DNA of 64,000 nt from Octopus sinensis. Taxonomy: Eukaryota. Numbering within the stretch: the stretch's first letter is position 1; each line of letters starts with the position of its first letter. Where the stretch lies: assembly GCF_006345805.1 (NCBI RefSeq), contig NC_042997.1:131564001-131628000 (forward strand), read 5' to 3'. The translations under genes were made by a program, and so were the position numbers. Positions 1 to 9,890 of this stretch are shown piece by piece. A model generated the notes under the pieces. The model had not been told where the DNA came from. It did not search any database and worked only from the letters and a program-made list of their open reading frames with translations.

Positions 1-804
1 CTCACAGATCCTCCAAATAGATAAAGTAGATCTATAATTAAGGACATTCCACTGTGGCCACCCTGTCCTCTCTCTCTCTCTTTTTTTTTTCGGAGACTAC
101 TTTGTTGATTTAAGACAGCGGGGTGTTATTTGAGGGTTATTTGAGCAAGTGTTTCTAACAGTTGTTACTTTTGCTGGGTGTGGGACAAGTGGCCAGAGAG
201 TTATCACATACGATTCAAAGAGATGGAATAACCAGACAGAATAGTTGAAGTAATTGGGTTGTGTTTGACATTTTCCTTGACTTCTGACATTCTTGCAGTA
301 TTGTTTCGGTTGGTCTTCTCTGCTAAATAGATTAACTGATAAGAAGTTTAGGATTTAATTTTACAGAAGTACAGGCATTTTTTTTTTCCTCTATTTTTAT
401 TATTTTTTTGTTTCTATTTGCTGAAATTACATATTTATCTCTAAAATGTAAGTTTCTTTGGTGCTGTATGTATATTTGTTTTGTTGTTTTTTTTAGATTT
501 GATTTAAATCACCTTTTGCATTAGCAATGTATGTATATTTTTCCATGTATTTATCTACAGGCTATTAATAATCTTTGTGTATTACTGGTGTGTGTGTGTA
601 TGTATATATATATATATATTCTTTTTAACAATAGGACAAAATTTATATTATTTGCTCTCAACCGAAGCAAAGCTCTATAACCTCACTACCTCCTCCTGGT
701 CAAAAAAAAATGTGGAGGGGGTCTCTAATAAACCAGCCTTGCTTCGGTCGAGAGCAAATAATATAAATTTTGTGCTATTGTTATATGTATATATATAACA
801 ATAT

Positions 805-1192
805 GAGACCTATTGAGTCAAGTACATAACATCAGCATCAAAATAAATATCAAATGGAAATTGCAGTTGTGATACCTGTGCCGGTGGCACGTAAAAGCAC
901 CATCTGAACGTGGCCGGTGCTAGCACCACCTTGACTGGCTTGTGTGCCAGTGGCACGTAAAAAGCACTAACTGATCGTGGCCACTGCCAGCCTACCCTGG
1001 CCCCTGTGCCGGTGGCATGTAAAAAGCACCCACTACACTCACGGAGTAGTTGACATTAGGATGGGTATCCAGCTGTAGAAACACTGCCAGATCAGACTGG
1101 AGCCTGGTCCAGTCTCCTGGCTTCCCAGACCCCGGTTAAATCGTCCAACCTATGCTAGCACGGAAAACGGACGTTAAACGATGATGATGATG
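805..1192 (+). mobile_element. RTE-LINE 3' end / RTE-tailed element, subfamily R1 (long copy)
   Basis: Repeated GTGCCGGTGGCACGTAAAAAGCAC units, GG..TTAGGA.GGG.ATCCAGCTGTAGAAAC motif, and GGACGTTAAAC(GAT)n tail. More than 10 copies in the window. Confidence 0.9.
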
Positions 1193-1254
1193 CGTATGTA
1201 TATATATATATATATATTATATATATATACACATATATACTTATTTTGTGATAT

Positions 1255-1440
1255 CAACGAGATCCATGAAATAGATGAACTCTCTGTGGAGAAGGAGCTA
1301 TGTACTTGACTCAATAGGTCTCCTCAAGCACAGCAGGTCACCCTACGATCCAAGGAAAGCAAAGCAGGTCGTTCTTGGAATGGCTGGGGCTATGCAAAAC
1401 TGGTGCAGGAATAGCTGAACGACTCAGCATTGCCCAGGTT
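1255..1440 (-). mobile_element. Fragment of the same RTE family (ORF2 end / start of 3' UTR)
   Basis: Reverse complement contains GTGACCTGCTGTGCTTGAGGAGACCTATTGAGTCAAGTACAT, matching the 5' part of the copies at 805 and 54629. Confidence 0.7.
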
Positions 1441-1504
1441 GTTACTGTTGTTCTTATTCAGATTAGTAAACAATAAATATAAAGATATATTCTCATAATT
1501 ATTT

Positions 1505-1860
1505 CAAAATAGAAGCATGTAGTAGAGAGATCAAGTGCAACTACCTTGAGGGATTGACCCTGAGATTTGTTAATTGAAATACCAAAACTTAGTTTAACTG
1601 GAAACTGAAGTCTCTTAAATTCAAATGGAACATCTGTAGGTATGAGAGGAATTTTTGGAATAAAGACATTTTCTCCTTAGTGACTATCTGTTTATGACAG
1701 TTGCATATAGGACATGGGGCTTCATAGAAGTAACAATTGAGTTCCATTACACATGGGTCAAGATTCCTAAGCAACATAATGGGAGCACCCAGTTTTAGTG
1801 TCAAGTTATGCAGTAGCATCCCAGTGGGTTTAAATGTGTTCAGAAATCTGTAACGGTAGA
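1505..1860 (-). pseudogene. Helitron RepHel PIF1-helicase C-terminal relic (frameshifted)
   Basis: Translates across a frameshift to FLNTFKPTGMLLHNLTLKLGAPIMLLRNLDP..CNGTQL..GENVFIPKIPLIPTDVPFEFKRLQFPVKLSFGISINKSQGQSLKVVALDL. These are typical Helitron/PIF1 motifs. Confidence 0.92.
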
Positions 1861-2461
1861 GGATTAATTAGTGTAACGGTTGAGCCACCAATTTGTAACA
1901 GTAGAAGTTTATTTTTGTAATGGTTGAAATTAATTAGTAAACCGTAGTGTGGAACATTGGAGTGATAATCAGTTTGTAAGGATTGGTTCTTCATTGATTG
2001 CCACTATGTAAAGATGAAAGAACAGTGATTGAAGTTGTGAAGAAAATATTTATTTTACCGTTACATTGTAAAATACCATGCCTTGATGGGCAGGTGATAA
2101 AGTTGTAAAGCATGTAGAGTAAAGATAAATGTAGATTTTCCTTGTATAGTTTGTTTGTGTTCTCGTTATTGTGTAGTAGTAATTACAGATAGAGATGGAG
2201 TAAAGTTCTAAGAAGAAAGTGAGCTGAACTAGTGATACTTAGAGAGTTGAGGGAGGTTGTTTTGCATAGTTGCTGATTGTAACTTTCTTTTTCCCTCTGG
2301 CCGTTTGTCTTTAGTGGCTGCCTTCTTGTGGCCACATGCACACAAACTCTGATTTATTATATAAGATATATATATTACCTGCACCCCCCCCCACTATCTC
2401 TCCCTCTCTTTTCACTGGTGGAACCTTTCTCAGCTGGACCTCCCCCCAACTCAACTCTAGA

Positions 2462-2691
2462 AAAGCTCGAACCGATCGTGACCGATGCCGGACCCCCCGG
2501 CCCCTGTGCAGGTGGCACGTAAAAAGCACCCACTCCACTCGCGGAGTGGTTGGCGTTAGGAAGGGCATCCAGCCGTAGAAACACTGTCAGATCAGACTGG
2601 AGCCTGGAGCGGCCCCTGGCTTCCCAGACCCCGGTCAAACCGTCCAACCCGTGCTAGCGCGGAAAACGGACGTTAAACGATGATGATGATG
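2462..2691 (+). mobile_element. RTE 3'-end element R1
   Basis: Near-consensus body with (GAT)n tail at 2679-2691. Confidence 0.9.
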
Positions 2692-2693
2692 AA

Positions 2694-3019
2694 ATCATCA
2701 TCATCGTTTAACGTCTGCTTTCCATGCTAGCATGGGTTGGACGATTTTGACTGAGGGCTGGCGAACCAGATGGCTGCACCAGGTTCCAATCTTGATCTGG
2801 CAGAGTTTTTACAGCTGGATGCCCTTCCTAACGCCAACCACTCCGAGAGTGTAGTGGGTGCTTTTTACATGCCACCGGCATGGGGCCAGTCAGGCGGTAC
2901 TGGCAACGATCACGCTCAGATGGTGCTCTTGGCTCCCTACTAGCACGGGCACAAGTGCCAGTAAGTTGATGCTGGTAACGATCACACTCAAATGGTGCCC
3001 TTTATGTGCCACTGGCATG
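2694..3019 (-). mobile_element. RTE 3'-end element R2, tail-to-tail with the previous copy
   Basis: Starts with (CAT)n-CGTTTAACGTC. Carries the R2-diagnostic GACTGAGGGCTGGCGAACCAGATGGCTGCACC. Confidence 0.9.
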
Positions 3020-3020
3020 G

Positions 3021-3083
<63 letters not shown>

Positions 3084-3104
3084 CACACACACACATGCTT
3101 ATGT

Positions 3105-3414
3105 AACTGCACATAGTTCAGTGGTTTTGTGTGTCGTGATTACAATTGTGAAGTTATGAATTCAATTCCCATTCTGGGTTGTGTGTTGTATTCTTGAGCA
3201 AGACAATTTATTTCATGTTGCTCCAGTTATGAGTTATGATGTCACTGGTGCCAAGCTGTATCAGACTTTGCCTTTCCCTCACACAACATTGGTGGTGTGG
3301 AGAGTGGAGACTGGTGTGCATGGATGACTGCTGATCTTCCACAAATAACCTTGCCTGGACTTGTACCTTGGAGGGGAACTTTCTCGGTACAATCCCATGG
3401 TCATTCACGACTGA
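3105..3414 (+). mobile_element. tRNA-derived SINE family E (diverged)
   Basis: Aligns by eye to the copies at 32505 and 62854 (GTCACTGGTGCCAAGCTGTAT, CAATCCCATGGTCATTCA). Confidence 0.8.
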
Positions 3415-3443
3415 CACACACACACACATATATATATATATAT

Positions 3444-3475
<32 letters not shown>

Positions 3476-3505
3476 AAGCACCAACTAATCGTGGTTGTTA
3501 CCAAC

Positions 3506-3705
3506 CACCCCTGGCCCCTGTGCCGGTGGCACTTAGAAAGGACCCACTACACTCATGGAGTGGTTGGCGTTAGGAAGGGCATCTAGCTGTAGAAACACTG
3601 CCAGATCAGACTGGAACCTGGTGCAGCCTCCTGGCTTCTCAGATCCTGGTCGAACCGTCCAACCCATGCTAGCATGGAAAACGGACTTTAAATGATGATG
3701 ATGAT
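3506..3705 (+). mobile_element. RTE 3'-end element R1
   Basis: Consensus body plus (GAT)n tail. Confidence 0.9.
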
Positions 3706-4446
3706 ATACACACACAAACACATATATATATATATATATATACACTTGTTCCCTATTTTTTAGATTTGTATGTGTTAACTGTCTTATCAAATTTTCCCAA
3801 ATATGTCACCAGAAAACACACACAGACAATTTTCTTTAAAACTATTTCTGTCTGTCGGTTATGTACCTGTATGTGGTTAATTTCGTGTTACTGTACATAA
3901 ATTTTCATTTGATTTGTGTGTCCACATGTGTGTCTGTATGTGTATCTATGTGCGTGCATGTGTGTGTTTCTTATGTTGCCATATATGAGTAGATAGAGGG
4001 CAGGCGTTATAAGCAGTATTCACTTTTATTACACACAGTAACAACACTACACACAGAGAACTTAAAAATACTTCAGTAACACATGCCAGCTGTCTTGCCA
4101 GATGGCTGTGTGGCTACAAAGGTTGGGGGTTGTTTGGTGGAGGTAGGCGCTGTGCTTAGTTGTTTATTCAAGAAATTTCAAAAAAAGATAAGTGTGTTTC
4201 CTTTTGGCTCTTCGCTGCTTCCCTCATACACAATCTCCTGCCCACCTATTTCTTATGCTTTAACCCACCCTACTTCTCATCTGTATCAAAAATGTCTGGC
4301 TTACTCTGATATCAGTTGGTTTTTACATTATCAAATTTGATTTATTAATTATTTTCTTTACTTATTAATCTCATATTTTATAGAGTAACTAATGAACATT
4401 AATTACTGTTTAGGGACTTAATTTATCACAAGTTATGAAATATTCT

Positions 4447-4812
4447 TGGCTGTTTGGTTAAGAAGCTTGTTTCACAACCATGTGATTTTGGGTTCAGTTC
4501 TGCTGCATATCTTGGAAAAGTGTTTTTGACAATAGCTCCAAACTAATTTCTTGTGAATGAATTTGAAAGATAAAGACTGTGAGGAAGCCCATCATATATG
4601 CATGTATGTATGTGTATGTGTTTTGCATTTGTCCACCACAACCACCTGATAACCAGTGCTAGTTTGTTTATATCCCCATAACTGATTTGGTTTGGTGAAG
4701 AAGACCAATAGGATAAGTTTCAGATTTAAATAGGTGTTGGGCACGATCTATTTTGTGAAACCCTTGAAAGCAGTGCCCCAGCATGGCCACAATCCAATAG
4801 CTGAAACAAGTA
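4447..4812 (+). mobile_element. tRNA-derived SINE family B (diverged)
   Basis: GGCTGTTTGGTTAAGAAGCTTG head, central microsatellite, CCAGCATGGCCAC..CTGAAACAAGTA tail. Confidence 0.8.
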
Positions 4813-4924
4813 CAAGTTAAAATATATTTACCATCATATCCTTTTCTTATCCTGCAACTGATAGAGCCAGTTGTTGTATATCTTGTTATGGCACCATCAT
4901 GTTGTTTGTTTCTGGTGTTCAATG

Positions 4925-5079
4925 AAAAAACATATCAGGCCATGGGGAAATATTCCCTTGGCCTGGAAATCAGTGAGGGTTGGTGATAGGAAGGGTATCT
5001 AGCTATAGAAAATCTGCCTCAGCAGATTCAGTTTGACCCATCCAAGCACAGGAAAGGGGATGGTAACTGATGATAATGA
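4925..5079 (+). mobile_element. Older RTE-tail family R3
   Basis: GTGAGGGTTGGTGATAGGAAGGGTATCTAGCTATAGAAAATCTGCC motif and degenerate TGA-repeat tail. Confidence 0.7.
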
Positions 5080-5214
5080 ACATAAAGGGCTGATAGTAAA
5101 AACCATAAGTATTATGTTTTGTCAGATGCACAAACAATTGCTAATCTAGTACTTCGAGTGACCAGACTGTTTCTTTTTCTCTGCTAATTGACTTTTCAAA
5201 TTTAGTTTCCATTA

Positions 5215-5613
5215 TACTCTTTTACTTGTTTCAGTCATTTGACTGTGGCCATGCTGGAACACTGCCTTTAGTTGACCAAATCAACCCCAGGATTTATTCT
5301 TTGTAAGCCTAGAACTTATTCTATCGATCTCTTTTGTCGAATCGCTAAGTAATGGGGACATAAACACACCAGCATCGGTTGTCAAGCAATGTCGGGGGGG
5401 GGGGACAAACACAGACACACAAACATATACACACACACATACATATATATACAATGGGCTTCTTTTAGTTTGCGTCTACCAAATCCACTCACAAGGCTTT
5501 GGTCGACCCGAGGCTATAGTAGAAGACACGTGCCCAAGGTGCCACGCAGTGGGACTGAACCCAGTTCCATTGGTTCGTTAGCAAGCTACTTACCACACAG
5601 CCACTCCTATGCC
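5215..5613 (-). mobile_element. SINE family B, full length
   Basis: Reverse complement of the family B consensus from tRNA-like head to tail. Confidence 0.9.
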
Positions 5614-6250
5614 TATATAGTTTAGAACCATTTCAACTGATACTGTTTTGTGTCCTCGGGAACCACACATTGTTTTTTTACCATTTTAATGTTAGGTCCT
5701 CAACCAATAAAACAAGCTAGAGATTAATTTCTCTTGCACCCAAGCATGGCCATATGATCAAAAAGGTTGCTTTGCAGTCATGTGTTTTGGAGTGCAATCC
5801 AACTGTGCAGCATCTCGGGCAAATATCTTCTACAGTAGCCTGAAACTAACCAGGAATTTCAACCGTGTTTTGTAGTCTGCTAACGCAACACTTCCTTTAT
5901 AGGATTCAGTTAGCTCAAAACATCATCAGGAGTAACTACGTCTGGTTTTGGCCCCTACTCTTTTACCGTTTTGACGTGGTGGGGGCCCCCACTTTTGGAG
6001 GTGTCTTCAGACCTGGTGTTGGGTGCATGTCTTCTTTCTTCTGTTCCCTGCCCTCTTCGATGTAGTGTCAACGAGCGAATGACTGACTTGTCAAATTTTT
6101 CCCTTTAAATACTTGCTGCTAGGCTCCAGCAGACAACCCCAGCAAGTTGTCACGTGACACTGTCTCAACTTTAACTGACCAATGAAGGCGCGTAGTCTTA
6201 GCCCACGCATTCTCTAAACGACCGTCACCTGTCAGTCAGCGAAGCTAATC

Positions 6251-6400
6251 TCACCTAGTGATGTTATGACTTGCAAGCCATTTTTGGTCTCCTTGCTTCA
6301 GCCATATATAGAAGCTAGCTTTTTCAACCACCTCCTGTACTCTCCTTATTAGTTTTCTCAGCTCTGGGCTAGGTCTTGTGAGTGACTTTTGGTAGATGGA
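6251..6400 (-). pseudogene. C-terminal fragment of an RLE-type non-LTR retrotransposon (HERO/NeSL-like)
   Basis: Translation ELRKLIRRVQEVVEKASFYIWLKQGDQKW resembles, from recollection, the conserved terminal ..E.AE.AS.W.W.KR.D..W of HERO/NeSL ORFs. Confidence 0.6.
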
Positions 6401-6469
6401 AGCTGGGTGGATGCCTGTCATATACAGAGACAAACACATGAGTGTTTGAAATGGAGTTCTTCCAAATGA

Positions 6470-6720
6470 TCTCCAGAGTCACATTACTCAATAGACATGT
6501 GAACAGAATATCACAAGAAATAATCAAGGAATCCCAAGACAGATTCTTCTAGCTGAGCCAACTGGCAGGAGAACCAGGAGCAGCTCAAGGATAAGATGGA
6601 TGGATGATATCTATAGACTCAGTTGATCATGCCTGGAAGTCTAATGATGGTTACTTCTGATAGGACTGTATAGAAGAGGTGCCTGAGGATACTATAGCCA
6701 TAGCCCTCCCAGGAATAGTG
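6470..6720 (+). pseudogene. Degraded RTE ORF2 C-terminus
   Basis: One frame gives GRRTRSSSRIRWMDDI, equivalent to the RTE G.R.RGRP..RW.D.I motif. Stop codons nearby. Confidence 0.55.
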
Positions 6721-6729
6721 GACAAAAAA

Positions 6730-6937
6730 GATGGATGGATATGTGTGTATGTTTGTATTTGTTCGTCCCCCATCACCACTGCTGATTTGTTTACTTCCCT
6801 GTAATTTAGTGGTTTTGGCAAAAGATTCTGACAGAATAAGTATCAATCTTTATTTCTGGTTTGATTTGTTTGACTAAGCACTTAAGGCAGTGCTCCAGCA
6901 TGGCTGCAGTTTAATGACTGAAACAAGTAAAAAGATA
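6730..6937 (+). mobile_element. SINE family B, 3' half
   Basis: Matches the B tail (GCAAAAGA..GA.AGAATAAGTA..GCTCCAGCATGGCTGCAGT..AATGACTGAAACAAG). Confidence 0.8.
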
Positions 6938-6951
6938 TAATATACACATCC

Positions 6952-7184
6952 GAAGGCGGTGAGCTGGCAGAAACGTTAGCATGCCGGGCGAAATACTTAG
7001 CAGTATTTCGTCTGCTGTTACGTTCTGAGTTCAAATTCTGCAGAGGTCGACTTTGACTTTCATCCTTTCGGGTTTGATAAATTAAGTACCAGTTATGCAC
7101 TGGGATCGATGTGATTGACTTAATCTCTTTGTCTGTCATTGTTTGTCCCCTCTATGTTTGGCCCCTTGTGGGCAATACAGAAAT
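6952..7184 (+). mobile_element. tRNA-derived SINE family M with 17-bp TSD
   Basis: AAGGCGGTGAGCTGGCAGAA head and CTTTCATCCTTTCGGG..GATAAATTAAGTACCAG core (MetaSINE-like from memory). TSD AAGATATAATATACACA at 6932-6948 and 7185-7201. Confidence 0.92.
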
Positions 7185-7619
7185 AAGATATAATATACAC
7201 AATGCAGAAAAGGAGTGGCTATGGGTATTTATTTATTGATTTTGAAGTGATTAACAAACAGCAAAGATGGTGGTAGCAAAGAAATTACATTGTTGATTCC
7301 ATACTAGAATTATGGACAATAATAAAAAAACAAAAAGATAGTAATGGTTGCAATTCATTCGACAATGACATAGAAACAGGATGCTGCTGAAAACAGAACT
7401 AATTCCAAGAGGACGTTTCTTTGTAACGGATAATAAATAATTCTCATCAACTACTAGGAAAGATGCTCACATACATAAGGTGTGTCTGTGAACCCGGATA
7501 GAAAGTTTGATGTGTACGTATAGGTCAATTAGTATTTATTGCTGTGTAGTCAACATGTGTTGTGATTGAATAAATTTGTAAGTTTATGTTGATGAAAAGG
7601 CGTATCTATATAAGTTGCA

Positions 7620-8552
7620 CCCGAAATTTTGTTTCCTCATAACTTTCAGAAAAATGGATGATTTTTGTTGAAATTTTTTACAAAACCTTTCAAACAGTGT
7701 AGGATCCAATTTTTTCAGATTCTGTAGTGAAAATGATTTGCAGGGTGAAATGGGACAAGAATTTCTGATAATTCGTATGAATCCTTTTTGCTTCCTCATA
7801 ACTTAAAAAAAATGGGTATTTTTTGATGAAATTTTCTACAAGTACAGGAGTGGCTGTGTGGTACGTAGCTTGCTTACCAACCACATGGTTCCGGGTTCAG
7901 TCCCACTTGGGCAAGTGTCTTCTACTATAGCCTCGGCCAGACCAAAGTCTTGTGAGTGGATTTGGTAGACGGAAACTAAAAGAACCCGTCGTATATATGT
8001 ATATATATATATGTGTGTGTGTGTTTGTCTTTGTACCCCCAACACCGCTTAACAACCGATGCTGATGTGTTCAGGTCCCCGTAACTTAGCGGTTCGTCAA
8101 AAGAGATCGATAGAATAAGTACTAGGCTTACAAAGAATAAGTCCTGGGGTCGATTTGGTCGACTAAAGGCGGTGCTCCAGCATGGCCACAGTAAAATGAC
8201 TGAAAAAAGAAGTACTTTTCAGATATAGCAAACTACAAATATATCGGAATTTAATGTTAGCGAAAAAAACAAAACAAAACCAAACGAAAAATAAACAGAA
8301 AAAAATGGTGGACGTGCCACGCATACATACTGACACATGTCACAATGTTTTCGAAATTTCTAGTTTCATTTTGCTGATATATATACATGTGATGTAGGCC
8401 AGCGTGTATGTGGGTGCGCCCACCAATTTTTTTTTCCCCCCTACTTTCAATTCTGATATAATCGTTATCTAAACCATTTGAAACGTTTTTGTAGAATATT
8501 TCATTGAAGAATATTTATTTTTCTGAAAGTTATGAGGAAACAAAGTCGGGGC
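7620..8552. mobile_element. Fold-back/palindromic non-autonomous DNA element interrupted by a SINE
   Basis: Outer arms 7620-7705 and 8468-8552 are reverse-complementary (TTTCCTCATAACTTTCAGAAAAAT / ATTTTTCTGAAAGTTATGAGGAAA). Weaker inner arms at 8300-8345 / 8387-8435. Confidence 0.65.
7844..8209 (+). mobile_element. SINE family B, young full-length copy
   Basis: Close to consensus with CpGs retained. Possible short TSD AAGTAC. Confidence 0.92.
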
Positions 8553-9044
8553 GATGAACACTTTTCTCGGTATGTTGATTCTAAAGACGGGGTTAGCCTG
8601 AAATTCCACTAACGTATACATAGCCGAGTAATTAAGAAGTTGCCTTTCTAATCATGAGATCCCAGGTTCACTCCCATTGTATAACATCTTGAGCAAGCCT
8701 CTTCTTCTATCATGGCCTCTGTTAGACCCATGTGAGTGAAATTGGGTGATGTAAATGAAATGTGTAGTAGTCCATTGGACGGATTATACCTTTGATTCAA
8801 ACAGTTTAGTTTCCTTATACACTGCAGCGCTAATCCTCCTCGTATGTCTATGGAATACTCAGCCACTAACATGCTAATATACTTATTAATAGGTTGATCG
8901 AAAATCTGGAATACTCACCGTTGAACCGACACCTAGCAGGACTTCCCTTGTTCCCCTCAATTGTTTTAACATCTATCGATTAGTATATTTTTTGTTCAGC
9001 ACATGTTCCACAAGTACCCGAGTTTCTCTTTCCCCTCTTTCTCT

Positions 9045-9046
9045 CT

Positions 9047-9135
<89 letters not shown>

Positions 9136-9290
9136 TGTTGTGTCTGGGCAGAGTCATTTTCTTTTTTGTGCCTTATAATTTAACACATTTACCGGTAAAA
9201 TTCCACTTATTCCTTATTTTTATTTTCCTAAAATTTTCGTTGCGTCTTGCAACCTTTTCAGTAGTCTTTCATATATATATATATATATAT
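9045..9290. repeat. (CT)n(TA)n microsatellite with a ~135-bp insert (9135-9270) flanked by (TA)n
   Basis: Direct reading of the sequence. The family of the insert is not identified. Confidence 0.7.
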
Positions 9291-9663
9291 AATAATAATG
9301 AATTATTGTATACAGTGCTTAGGACACGAAGTATAATACTTTATTAGCATTTGTGCAATATTGGCACTATGCTCAGTACGAAAAACAAAAACATTCTACG
9401 TTACTGCTGTCATGTGTTTTGTCAAAGACTGGGGTCTATAAATTCATTCATGTCACGTGCCTGTTATCCTATCAGGTTTTCTATTTATAGAACTTCAGAC
9501 CTTGTAAACTAATAATTTTCGCTGCTTTTCTTTCTTCTGTTTTTTTTTTTTTCTCTTAGAATATAGTGGTGTCAACGGCCACAATTAGCCGGAAAAAAAA
9601 AGAAGTTTTTCCAAAGGACCGTGGGGAATACGAATTCCCAGATACGATCTCAGTGGCGGGTAT

Positions 9664-9890
9664 AAAGGCGGCGAGCTGGCAGAATCGTTAGCGCGCCGGG
9701 CGAAATGCTAAGCGGTATTTCGTCTGCCGTTACGTTGTGAGTTCAAATTCCGCCGAGGTCGACTTTGCCTTTCATCCTTTCGGGGTCGATAAAAATTAAG
9801 CACCAGTTACGCACTGGGGTCGATGTAATCGACTTAATACCTATGTCTGTCCTTGTTCATCCCCAGCCCCTTGTGGGTAATAAAGAAATA
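9664..9890 (+). mobile_element. SINE family M, young copy
   Basis: Near-consensus with intact A/B-box-like head (GGCAGAATCGTTAG / GAGTTCAAATTCC). Confidence 0.92.
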
